Shown one piece after another: positions 22,908-33,262 of a DNA stretch of 33,262 bases (the stretch's first letter is position 1; each line of letters starts with the position of its first letter). The notes beneath the pieces are model-generated. The model searched no databases and had not been told where the DNA came from. It worked only from the letters and a program-made list of their open reading frames with translations. The DNA comes from Octopus bimaculoides. Taxonomy: Eukaryota. The stretch lies in contig NC_068983.1 of the NCBI RefSeq assembly GCF_001194135.2, positions 40,999,611 through 41,032,872 of the forward strand, written 5' to 3'. A program made the position numbers and the translations under genes.

Positions 22908-23027
22908 CTTACAGCTGTTTCAGCCAAGAAGCCATAGTACCCAACTTTACTTCCAGCCTTTCAGTGAACTGAAGTATTTGGTAGATAAGATTAAGGTACT
23001 TAGGTATGCCTCTGGGCTTCGTCAGAG
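22908..23027 (-). ncRNA. Type I hammerhead motif with extended stem II and decayed stem I
   Basis: Minus strand reads CT-CTGACGA-AGCCCAGAGG...CTTCTTGGCT-GAAA-C-AGCT-GTA-AG. The core is intact and the stem II base pairs at 9 of 10 positions including one G.U. Stem I has only 2 bp. Confidence 0.5.
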
Positions 23028-23467
23028 CGTTTTGAAAGTTCATAGGGTTGTTATAAATATAAATACATACATATATACACACTTTTACATATACATACAT
23101 ATACATAAATACATATCTATACATTTATATGTATATGTATATGCATACAAAGGAATCAATTATTATTATTATTAGGGGTATTATATTATTCTTATTGGAT
23201 AAAGTTTAAACAGAGGAAAGAAAAATTATCAAAAGAGTATATTGGATAGATAATATCCCTTAGTTGGTTGGATTCACAACCTCTAACTCTCTTGGAATTA
23301 TATATATATTAATAGTTGAAATTTACAGAAAAACAAATGACGAAGACAGGTGTATAAACAACAAGCAGGTGTATCCCGTTACTATTATGTTTAACTGTCG
23401 TATGTCCAAATTTGGCTAAACTTCGGGCTTACGTGAAATATTTTGTATAATATATATAAATAAATAA

Positions 23468-24890
23468 ATGGAGTTAAACGCAGGTGTTGTTCAAATTCTT
23501 TTACTTAGGTTGTCTAAGTTATCTGCTAATGTTGACATTTTCAATGGTAAGGCCGAATTTTATAACTCTGCCTTACTTAAAGCAGGTTATACAGAGAAAG
23601 TTGCCTACATTAATTCCATTCAATCTTATTCTACCTTTATTAATGGAGACATGAAATCTAGTTGTAAGGATATAAACGATATCAATTACAGTTTATACGC
23701 CAAGACCAGAGGAAGGGAGATAACCTTTATTTAATCCCTTACTTTCGTTCTAGGGTAAATCTATGTATTTCAAAGATAGTTACACTAAAGATAAGGTAAC
23801 TAGTAGTAAAACCATTTGGTTAATTATTCCTTACGGGAGTCAAATTAAATCTAATCTTCTTTTGCAGTTTCGTGAAGCTACTATTAGGAAATTTCCAAAG
23901 AATTCTAGGTATTACTCTATTATCAACTCACACACGATTAGGATTAGTTTTTCCAACACAAAAAAATCTCTTACAAATTATCTCTTCACATAATATTAAC
24001 CTGTTAAATATTGATACATTTACTAATACTAACATTCATTTAGCTAATACCATCCATGCCCCTAGAAATATTAATAACAAGGTTATTGTATCTGAAGTCA
24101 ATTACAACAGAATCAAGTTTATGTCAAGTAACTCTAAAATTAAAACTTCTATATACCAGTGTAAAATTACTTCTGGTAATGAAGTATTTTTTTTATGTAG
24201 GCAGCTCATCTTCTCAGTTATCTAGAAGAATTTCTAATCATTATTCTACATTTAGGGATAGGAATAAACGTAACAGTACAGGGCTTAGTAAATTTATTTG
24301 GTATCTAAAAGACTACAATAAACAATTTAATTTAGATTGGTTGATTCTCTCAATCTCGATACCTTATGACAAAAGCAAGGAATTCTGTCTTCTCTGTAAT
24401 TGTCAACTTTTTTTCTAAAAGTCCCCTTATAAACACGGTTATAGAGCGTGCATACCGATGTGAACATTGGCAGAAACACACCTTTAATTCATATAAGTGA
24501 TATCTATTATTATCTATAATTTAAACATTAATTTTCTTACATTTCATATTCACTAAATATATCTTTTTCCAAGTCTATATGGTTTTATTTAATATACATA
24601 TAGTTATATACTTCTCATTTGTTTGTTTTTTTTTCTTTTCTTTACCCCTCCTCTTTCTATAGGTTACCTTTAACGTTATATCCTCTAACGTTTTTTTTTT
24701 GTTTTTTTTTTAAACAAACTTAATAGCGTTCAGTTAATCACTATACATATCCATCTTTTTCTGTTAAAATGTCTTACTGACGACTTTCATTTCTTCATTT
24801 CCCTGAAGAGACGATTACATTGTTTTACACCATTTTATTCCTTTGGAATAATACCTGTGATATCTTCGAAACATGTGTCGGAAGTAAAAG
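23468..24890 (+). mobile_element. 5'-truncated Penelope-like retroelement (RT C-terminus/linker, GIY-YIG endonuclease, AT-rich 3' UTR, hammerhead)
   Basis: RLSKLSAN..IF...Y..AL.KAGY; linker FPKNSRYYSIINSHTIRISFS..KNL.QIISSHN; GIY-YIG IYQCKIT...FYVGSS...RRISNHYSTF...NSTGLSKFIWYLK...W.IL...PY....CLLC; terminal LINTVIERAYRCEH (stop 24498-24500). Multiple frameshifts. Confidence 0.9.
24797..24885 (+). ncRNA. Type I hammerhead ribozyme with intact catalytic core
   Basis: ATTTCC-CTGAAGA(24803-24809)-G...C(24810/24867)-GAAA(24868-24871)-C-ATGT-GTC(24877-24879)-GGAAGT. Stem I is 6 bp with one G.U. It lies about 300 nt after the GIY-YIG stop on the same strand. Confidence 0.72.
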
Positions 24891-25427
24891 AATCTGAATA
24901 ANNNNNNNNNNNNNNNNNNNNNNNNNNNNNNNNNNNNNNNNNNNNNNNNNNNNNNNNNNNNNNNNNNNNNNNNNNNNNNNNNNNNNNNNNNNNNNNNNNN
25001 NNNNNNNNNNNNNNNNNNNNNNNNNNNNNNNNNNNNNNNNNNNNNNNNNNNNNNNNNNNNNNNNNNNNNNNNNNNNNNNNNNNNNNNNNNNNNNNNNNNN
25101 NNNNNNNNNNNNNNNNNNNNNNNNNNNNNNNNNNNNNNNNNNNNNNNNNNNNNNNNNNNNNNNNNNNNNNNNNNNNNNNNNNNNNNNNNNNNNNNNNNNN
25201 NNNNNNNNNNNNNNNNNNNNNNNNNNNNNNNNNNNNNNNNNNNNNNNNNNNNNNNNNNNNNNNNNNNNNNNNNNNNNNNNNNNNNNNNNNNNNNNNNNNN
25301 NNNNNNNNNNNNNNNNNNNNNNNNNNNNNNNNNNNNNNNNNNNNNNNNNNNNNNNNNNNNNNNNNNNNNNNNNNNNNNNNNNNNNNNNNNNNNNNNNNNN
25401 NNNNNNNNNNNNNNNNNNATATATATA

Positions 25428-25471
<44 letters not shown>

Positions 25472-25672
25472 ACAGTTATGTTGAAGCATGTGATACGAGA
25501 ATTGCAACATTGACGACAAAATATTTGTGGAGTAAATGATGGTCTAGTTCGTCTAAGCGACATGTCATACTTCTGTTTGGAGGATTCCAGGCTCTAACTT
25601 GTCATGGAAAGTTGGGGGTGGGGTGTATGTGATTTTTTAATGCACTGAAAAGCTGTCAGTGGATATACTCAC

Positions 25673-25865
25673 CTTTGCGGTGGTCGGCGCTGAGTCTAAC
25701 ACGACCCATTATTTTGTTGACATTCGAATGAATGTAGGTGTAATGGAGACATTGTACGCAAATGGGTACATTCCAGAAAGAGGCTGCAATGGGAGACGGC
25801 ATCGGGGAAGGGAACTGTTGAAATGTTACGGAAGGCGAATTGCTGACATTGGATTGCTGGTGTGG
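25673..25865 (-). other. Candidate 193-bp spliced exon of an unidentified minus-strand transcript
   Basis: Acceptor TTTGTGTTTCTTATTCAACAG|C and perfect donor AAG|GTGAGT. One frame is open (PHQQSNV...MGRVRLSADHRK), with a possible start in the context AAAATAATGG. Confidence 0.5.
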
Positions 25866-25896
25866 CTGTTGAATAAGAAACACAAACTGAGCCTAT

Positions 25897-26130
25897 GCAC
25901 TCCGTCGGTTACGACGACGAGGGTTGCAGTTGATCCGATCAATGGAACAGCCTGCTCGTGAAATTAACGTGCAAGTGGCTGAGCACTCCACAGACACGTA
26001 TAGTTTTCAGGGAGATTGACGTAGTTTTCGGGGAGATTCAGCGTGAAACAGTGTGTGACAAGGCTGGCCCTTTGAACAGGTACAGCAGACACAGGAAGAA
26101 AGATTGAGAGAAAGTTGTGGGGAAAGATTA
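25897..26130 (+). mobile_element. Dispersed repeat module (SINE/LINE tail-like)
   Basis: CACTCCGTCGGTTACGACGACGAGGGTTGCAGTTGATCCGATCAATGGAACAG...GTGCAAGTGGCTGAGCACTCCACAGACACG is mirrored at 30285-30389 on the minus strand. Confidence 0.8.
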
Positions 26131-28201
26131 CAACAGGTTTCGCCACAGCCCATTATATTATTATTTCATTGAACGCCACGCATCCATTTCCAAGTAAGTT
26201 TATCTTAATAACTTTGATGTGACTCTACCCTGTACTATCTCTCTCTCCCCCTTTCCTTTTCTCTCTCTTGCTTTCTCTAATTCCTTTTTCTCACCTTCAC
26301 CGTTTTCTATCTGTCTCTCTCTCTCTCTCTTTCCCTCTTTCTCCTTTACTCTTTCTTGGTGCTCATACGTGACCGTCCTCCATCTTTCTTTCCCTCACGT
26401 GATCACCTTTCCTTTCTTTCAGTCTGTCTTACAGACCAAACGCATTCTGATCTGTCTCCTCTTCTATCTTTTCCCTTGACAAAGACAATATTCCTCCAAC
26501 GTTCGCTACCTTACCTCGTCTGGTCTAACGAGTCTCCATGTTTGTTTTCGTTTGGTTTGTTGTATGTCCCCACTGTCCTTCTTTTGTTACCAACTTTGAT
26601 CTTCCGCAAATCACAAATTTTATTTTGGCTCGCGGAAGCAACTGCCTTTCGAAGTTTCATATTGTCGTTGATTGCTCGAAATGAGGAGTTGATGGACAGC
26701 CGACAACTGATGAAGAGTCGTTCTTTTATGTTACTTGTCTTGTCTTCCATTTGTTTCTCTCGTTGTTCGCATACCCATGTTTATTTTCGTATTTCATGTT
26801 GTTTACGTTTTGTGATGTCCTGTACCCATATATCCATATATGCATATATATATATATATATATATATATANNNNNNNNNNNNNNNNNNNNNNNNNNNNNN
26901 NNNNNNNNNNNNNNNNNNNNNNNNNNNNNNNNNNNNNNNNNNNNNNNNNNNNNNNNNNNNNNNNNNNNNNNNNNNNNNNNNNNNNNNNNNNNNNNNNNNN
27001 NNNNNNNNNNNNNNNNNNNNNNNNNNNNNNNNNNNNNNNNNNNTATATATATATATATACATACATACATATATGTATGTACATATATGTATGTATATAT
27101 GCATATATATATGCATATATATATGCATATATATATATTGCGTTTTTGACACATGTCTATGGAGAGATTTTTTTTCTCAGTCATCTCTTCAAATGGTATG
27201 GCTGTGTATGCATTTAGTACAATATAAACATGCTAACTTTTATGCACTTTCAATTGCGTATAGTTTTACACACACATACACACACACACACACGCACGCA
27301 CGCACGCACGCACGCACGCACCTGTGCGTGTGTAAGTATGTTATATACTTTATAGAAAGATAATTAAATATATATTAATATATTATTATATGCATTTTTT
27401 TTCTCATCATAAGTTGAATATTTCTTGCCAGCAATAGACGAATATTTTGATGAAACGTCGGAAACCCAAAGGAAAATCGGTTAAAAGCAATTTAAAGTGT
27501 CGCAACTATAAAGAGAATTCGTTTAAAGCATATTATTTAAATAAGCCACATTTATTGACGGCATGGGTATACTAGCTATACATAACATACACATCTGTGA
27601 TAACAATAAATCGCAAAAAAGACTCTTGCTCGTATGAATAAAATATTAACCGAAACTGTCATAATTGCCGAACTGTTGTTAAAAACTTCAAACACCAGAA
27701 AGCAGCATTTAAAACTACACAAATTAATAAATTTTAATAGGTCTGGGCATAAAAGTACACCGTGAGACATAGATAGAATATGTGTTAAGAATGCTTAGTG
27801 CAACTGTGTGTATCAGACAAATGTCAGAATACCAAACAGGTGTTCGGAACCATAAAAGACAACAGTTATTTCAACTATAAATTATAAACATCAAAAACGA
27901 CCGCCGCGAGTGTATTATTTCACACTGGGGAATTTCAATATTGCAAGTGTTATAAACAAGAAAATAAAACAATAAAAAATCATTTTCATTTCGAAAAGAC
28001 TTTTAAAATAATGGTTCTTCCAAATACCGAATATTGTAATATAGTAGCTGGCATTGAGATATAAAAGCATAAACGTGTGTCAGGATTGTGTAGAATTGGG
28101 TTGCCATCAATAAAATATACATGATTACATATCCCGGACCAGAGTTTCGTTCAATCTGTCAGCTGGTCGAACAGACTTTTAATGTAATGACTGTTCTGGA
28201 A

Positions 28202-28420
28202 GGCGGCGAGCTGGTAGAATCGTTAGCACACGGGACAGTATGCTTAGCACCATTTCGACCGTTTTCACGTTCTGAGTTCAAATTCTGCCGGCGTCGACTT
28301 TGCCTTTCATCCTTTCAGAGTCAGTAAGATAAGTACCAATTATGCACTAGAGTCGATGTAATCAACTTATTCCTCCCCACGAAATTGATGACTTTGGGCC
28401 AACATTTGAAACCATTATTA
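28202..28420 (+). mobile_element. Full-length SINE family B
   Basis: GGCGGCGAGCTGGTAGAATCGTTAG A box, GAGTTCAAATTCTG B box, GTCGACTTTGCCTTTCATCCTTTC core and TTGAAACCATTATT tail. Confidence 0.92.
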
Positions 28421-28670
28421 TTTCAAATATAATTTTTATTATTTTAGATGTTATTATTTTCATTATTTTAAATATCATTATTTTTAATATTTTACATATC
28501 ATTATTTTTTATTATTTTAAATATTATTATTTTTATTATTTTAAATATCATTATTTTTTTATTATTTTAAATATTATTATTTTTATTATTTTAAATATTA
28601 CTATTTTTATTATTTCAAATATTGTTATGTCTATTATTTTAAATATTGGTATTTATATTATTTTAAATAT
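28420..28670. repeat. AT-rich tandem repeat of about 23-24 bp (TATTATTTTAAATATTATTATTTT-like) grown from the SINE tail
   Basis: Direct reading; about 10 imperfect units. Confidence 0.85.
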
Positions 28671-29231
28671 ACCCATCAAATACTAAATATTCGCAGGCAT
28701 TGTGATACAGAAGCATAAAAGTATATAAGAAGAGTCTCGAATCTAAATAAAATATTACAAATTCCAGCATCTTGATTTCGTTCAATCTTCCGACTGATCG
28801 AATTTTTTTTAAATAATGGTTAATCTAAATAAGGAATATCGTCCTCTAATTTCTAGCGTTGTGATATCAAAGTATAAGAGTATGTCAGGAACGTGTAAAA
28901 TTGGTTCGTTGTACATAAAATATAGAGGATTACAATTTCCCAGACCAAGGTTTCGTTCAATCTGTGAAATGGTGGCTTCGCTAGTCACCTAAATGCGTTA
29001 TCTCTGAAAAGAATGGGTTATCACGGTTGGAACGCCTTTAACTTCGAAATCTATTTGTTCAGGACTGTCCAAGGATAAAAGAATACTTCCCATGTACCAA
29101 TTATCAAAGCCAGATGGTTTCTTAACTTTCTTTTCAATTTCAGTACTCCTTCTTGACATTGTATAGAGGGCTTTGTTGTTGTGTTTGTTGACTATCTTGT
29201 TATTGTTTCTGATATATTACCCTAAGTCAAA

Positions 29232-29595
29232 GGCGGCGAGCTGGCAGAAACGTTAGCACGCCGGGCGAAATGCTTACCGGTATTTCATCTGTCTTTACGT
29301 TCCGAGGTCGACTTTATCTTTTCAGGGTGGATAAATTAAGTACCAGTTGCGTACTATGGTCGATCTAATCGATTGCCCCCTCTCCCCAAAAATGTTGGGT
29401 TTTGTGCCAGAGTAGAAAAGAATATGCCCCAGCTGGCAGAAACTTTAGTACACCGAGCGAAATACTTAGCGGTATTTCGTCTGTCTTTACGTTCTGAGTT
29501 CAAATTCCGCCGAGGTCGACTTTACCTTTCATCTTTTCAGAGTGGATAAATTAAGTACCAGTTGCGTACTGGGGATCGATCTAATCGACTGGCTC
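29232..29595 (+). mobile_element. Head-to-tail dimer of SINE family B
   Basis: Copy 1 (29232-29424) has a 16-nt deletion removing the B box. Copy 2 (about 29430-29595) has intact GAGTTCAAATTCC and runs into the gap. Confidence 0.92.
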
Positions 29596-29970
29596 NNNNN
29601 NNNNNNNNNNNNNNNNNNNNNNNNNNNNNNNNNNNNNNNNNNNNNNNNNNNNNNNNNNNNNNNNNNNNNNNNNNNNNNNNNNNNNNNNNNNNNNNNNNNN
29701 NNNNNNNNNNNNNNNNNNNNNNNNNNNNNNNNNNNNNNNNNNNNNNNNNNNNNNNNNNNNNNNNNNNNNNNNNNNNNNNNNNNNNNNNNNNNNNNNNNNN
29801 NNNNNNNNNNNNNNNNNNNNNNNNNNNNNNNNNNNNNNNNNNNNNNNNNNNNNNNNNNNNNNNNNNNNNNNNNNNNNNNNNNNNNNNNNNNNNNNNNNNN
29901 NNNNNNNNNNNNNNNNNNNNNNNNNNNNNNNNNNNNNNNNNNNNNNNNNNNNNNNNNNNNNNNNNNNNNN

Positions 29971-30288
29971 GTACGCAACTGGTGCTTAATTTATCGACCC
30001 CGAAAGGATGAAAGGCAAAGTCGACCTCAGCGAAATTTGAACTCAGAACAAAAAGACAGGCGAAATACCGCTAAGCATTTGGCCCGGCGTGCTAACGTTT
30101 CTTATTTCTTTACTGATCACAAGGGGCTACACACAGAGGGGACAAACAAGGACAGACAAACGGATTAAGTCGATTATATCGACCCCAGTGCGTAACTGGT
30201 ACTTATTTAATCGACCCCGAAAGGATGAAAGGCAAAGTCGACCTCGGCGGAATTTGAACTCAGAACGTAGCGGCAGACAAAATACGCG
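29971..30288 (-). mobile_element. Head-to-tail dimer of SINE family B, minus strand
   Basis: Copies at 30288-30102 (tail TTTGTCTGTCCTTGTTTGTCCCCTCTGTGTGTAGCCCC) and 30101-29971. Confidence 0.92.
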
Positions 30289-30389
30289 TGTCTGTGGGGT
30301 GCTCAGCCACTTGCACGTTAATCTCGCGACCAAGCTCTTCCGTTGATCAGATCAACTGGAACCCTCGTCATCGTAACCAACGGAGTGCT
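30285..30389 (-). mobile_element. Second copy of the 25897 module
   Basis: Reverse complement aligns with 25897-26004. Confidence 0.8.
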
Positions 30390-30699
30390 TCCTTTTTATA
30401 TATGTATGTACGTATGTATGTATTCATGCATGAATGTATGAATGTGTATCTATGTATGGATGGGTGTATGTATGTTTTTTGTGTTAATTTTTTTTCATTT
30501 TCCGAGTCTCCATGTTGAACCTTCTCTTTGAATTGGTTTATATTTTGGTTTCAAAATTCGTTGCGGTTAAATTCTTTAATACGACTTTATGAATTCATGT
30601 ACGTATCTCTGTGACTGTCGTTCGTGCTTCTCAGTGTGTGTGTGTGTGTGTATGTGTGTGTATGTGTGTGTGTGATTTTACTGCTTCGTCTACTGCTAA

Positions 30700-30966
30700 T
30701 ACTATTACGAATAATACTACTACTTCCTCTATTACTACCACTACCACTATAACTACATCGTCTCCTCCTTCTCTTCCTCTCCTACTCTCTTTCTCCTCCT
30801 CCTCCTCCTCCTACTATTACTACTATTACTACTACTATATCTGCTACTACAACCACTTCAAATCTTGCTCTCCTTCTTCTGCCTCCTCTCCTACTTCTTC
30901 CGCCACCTCGTCTCCTTCTGCTTCCTATTCGTCCCCTCCCTTCTCTTCCTCCTCCTCCACCACCAA

Positions 30967-31047
<81 letters not shown>

Positions 31048-31078
31048 CTACTGCTGTTGCTGCTGCTACTACTGCATT
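30700..31078. repeat. Mosaic trinucleotide low-complexity tract (TAC/TCC/TGC)
   Basis: Direct reading. Confidence 0.9.
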
Positions 31079-31648
31079 TTATGATTACCCCTGTTTATAA
31101 AAACCCTACTCTCTCTTTCTAGCTCTTTTACTCTCTCTCTCTCTCTCTCTCTCTCCCTCTCGCTCACTATGTGTTTATTGATCTATACATCCATCCACCT
31201 ATCCAATCTGTCTATCTATCTATCGCTATCTGTCTCTCTATATATCAACCTACCTCTTCGTCATTCTATTTATCATTTCCTTACTCCCGTTACATCACAA
31301 CCCTACCTCTTTGATCAGTGCCATACAAACGCCATTTTCTCACCATATCAAGGCTTCCTGGTTCTACTAAAAATACCAAACCACATTTCAATCTCCTATT
31401 CTGAGACTTACTATCAGAAAAGCCTTTAGGCTTTTGGCCTTCTTCACCAACTCCCCTGTTACGTCAAAGCAGCATTTCCCCCACGACCATCAGTATTCGT
31501 TATTACTATTATCAAATAGCATCTTCGTTAGGATTAGATTAAACAAGACAAAAATAAATTCCCTGGACATTGAAGAAGAATTCTGAACATATGTCTCATT
31601 CTTTTCCTTCTTCCTTTAAACTCACTCACTCTCTCTCTCTCCTTTCTT

Positions 31649-31692
<44 letters not shown>

Positions 31693-32625
31693 TTCCTTAT
31701 CTCTCTCTCTTTCTCCCTCACTCTGTCTATTTGTGATTCAACCTGTGTATGCATATACATACATGTATGTGTATATAAATATGTATGCATATATATATAT
31801 ATGTATGTATATATATGAATGTGTATATGTATGTACATCTATACAGATATATATGCATATATATATATATGNNNNNNNNNNNNNNNNNNNNNNNNNNNNN
31901 NNNNNNNNNNNNNNNNNNNNNNNNNNNNNNNNNNNNNNNNNNNNNNNNNNNNNNNNNNNNNNNNNNNNNNNNNNNNNNNNNNNNNNNNNNNNNNNNNNNN
32001 NNNNNNNNNNNNNNNNNNNNNNNNNNNNNNNNNNNNNNNNNNNNNNNNNNNNNNNNNNNNNNNNNNNNNNNNNNNNNNNNNNNNNNNNNNNNNNNNNNNN
32101 NNNNNNNNNNNNNNNNNNNNNNNNNNNNNNNNNNNNNNNNNNNNNNNNNNNNNNNNNNNNNNNNNNNNNNNNNNNNNNNNNNNNNNNNNNNNNNNNNNNN
32201 NNNNNNNNNNNNNNNNNNNNNNNNNNNNNNNNNNNNNNNNNNNNNNNNNNNNNNNNNNNNNNNNNNNNNNNNNNNNNNNNNNNNNNNNNNNNNNNNNNNN
32301 NNNNNNNNNNNNNNNNNNNNNNNNNNNNNNNNNNNNNNNNNNNNNNNNNNNNNNNNNNNNNNNNNNNNNNNNNNNNNNNNNNNNNNNNNNNNNNNNNNNN
32401 NNNNNNNNNNNNNNNNNNNNNNNNNNNNNNNNNNNNNNNNNNNNNNNNNNNNNNNNNNNNNNNNNNNNNNNNNNNNNNNNNNNNNNNNNNNNNNNNNNNN
32501 NNNNNNNNNNNNNNNNNNNNNNNNNNNNNNNNNNNNNNNNNNNNNNNNNNNNNNNNNNNNNNNNNNNNNNNNNNNNNNNNNNNNNNNNNNNNNNNNNNNN
32601 NNNNNNNNNNNNNNNNNNNNNNNNN

Positions 32626-32662
<37 letters not shown>

Positions 32663-33203
32663 ATTAGTTCCTGGCTTGACTTCGTCTCGAACATATCATT
32701 CCTCATTCATTTCGTCAACCGTCTCCTGTATGTTCGCCGCTCTTAGCGTGACGCTCCTCATTTCTGACTCGTGCTAAAGGTCAACCTAGTATTGGCGAGA
32801 GTTCATTAAAGAAGAAATAAACGTAAGGAATGACTTTTTAGAAGACGACATCTGATGGTTGATGCCAAATCACCGAACCCTCAGCAGTGACACATATAAT
32901 AATATCCCTAGTATTTCATGTCTAAGTAATAGGCTTAGTAATTATATTGCTCGGATCACGATCATAACATTGTAGTTTCGAGTTCAAGACTAGCCAAAGC
33001 TTTGTGTCACTCAGCAAAGGATGTCGTTTCGCCTTGGCTCCAGTCTGTTCTGCTGAAAAAAAGGTACATAGTACCTCATATCTGAATAAGACATCTTGTA
33101 TTTAGAAGGTTAGGCCCGCGAATTTAAGGTCATTCTAAGATGAGGCAATGCATTGTGCAAGACTCTTTCCAGGCTTTCAGTAAAGTACAGTATTTCCCAT
33201 CGT

Positions 33204-33262
<59 letters not shown>

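Noticed and set aside
25910-25925. CGACGAGGGTT shared between the 43-bp unit and the 25897 repeat module
   Set aside because: Only 11-12 bp with no flanking similarity; compatible with chance.
26707-26730. CTGATGA-AGAG hammerhead-like start
   Set aside because: No downstream GAAA or stem I complement.
31418-31435. Palindrome AAAAGCCTTTAGGCTTTT resembling a terminator
   Set aside because: Short and isolated; intrinsic terminators are not meaningful in this eukaryotic context.

Overview
This is a eukaryotic, AT-rich window dominated by repeats, with 14 N-gaps that are mostly flanked by microsatellites. The SINE families and microsatellite density suggest a coleoid cephalopod such as Octopus; this is an inference. 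No complete host gene is present, and most ORFs in the track are microsatellite or gap artefacts. Recognisable content: (1) a decayed R4/Dong-like RT + CCHC + RLE LINE (5355-8019), and three fragments of a second RLE-LINE family; (2) a Penelope-like RT-linker/GIY-YIG element (23468-24890); (3) mariner, Tc1 and Tc2-like DNA transposon relics; (4) many tRNA-derived SINEs from about four families; (5) two or three isolated candidate exons. The most interesting signals are three minimal type I hammerhead ribozyme motifs with palindromic stem III (13324+, 22908-, 24797+), the last with an intact catalytic core directly behind the Penelope GIY-YIG frame. Also notable are a Helitron-like element (617-1128, minus strand) built almost entirely from a self-complementary 43-bp minisatellite, a 137-nt near-perfect hairpin, and convergent SINE dimers that could form long dsRNA. 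All motif calls and mismatch counts were made by eye.
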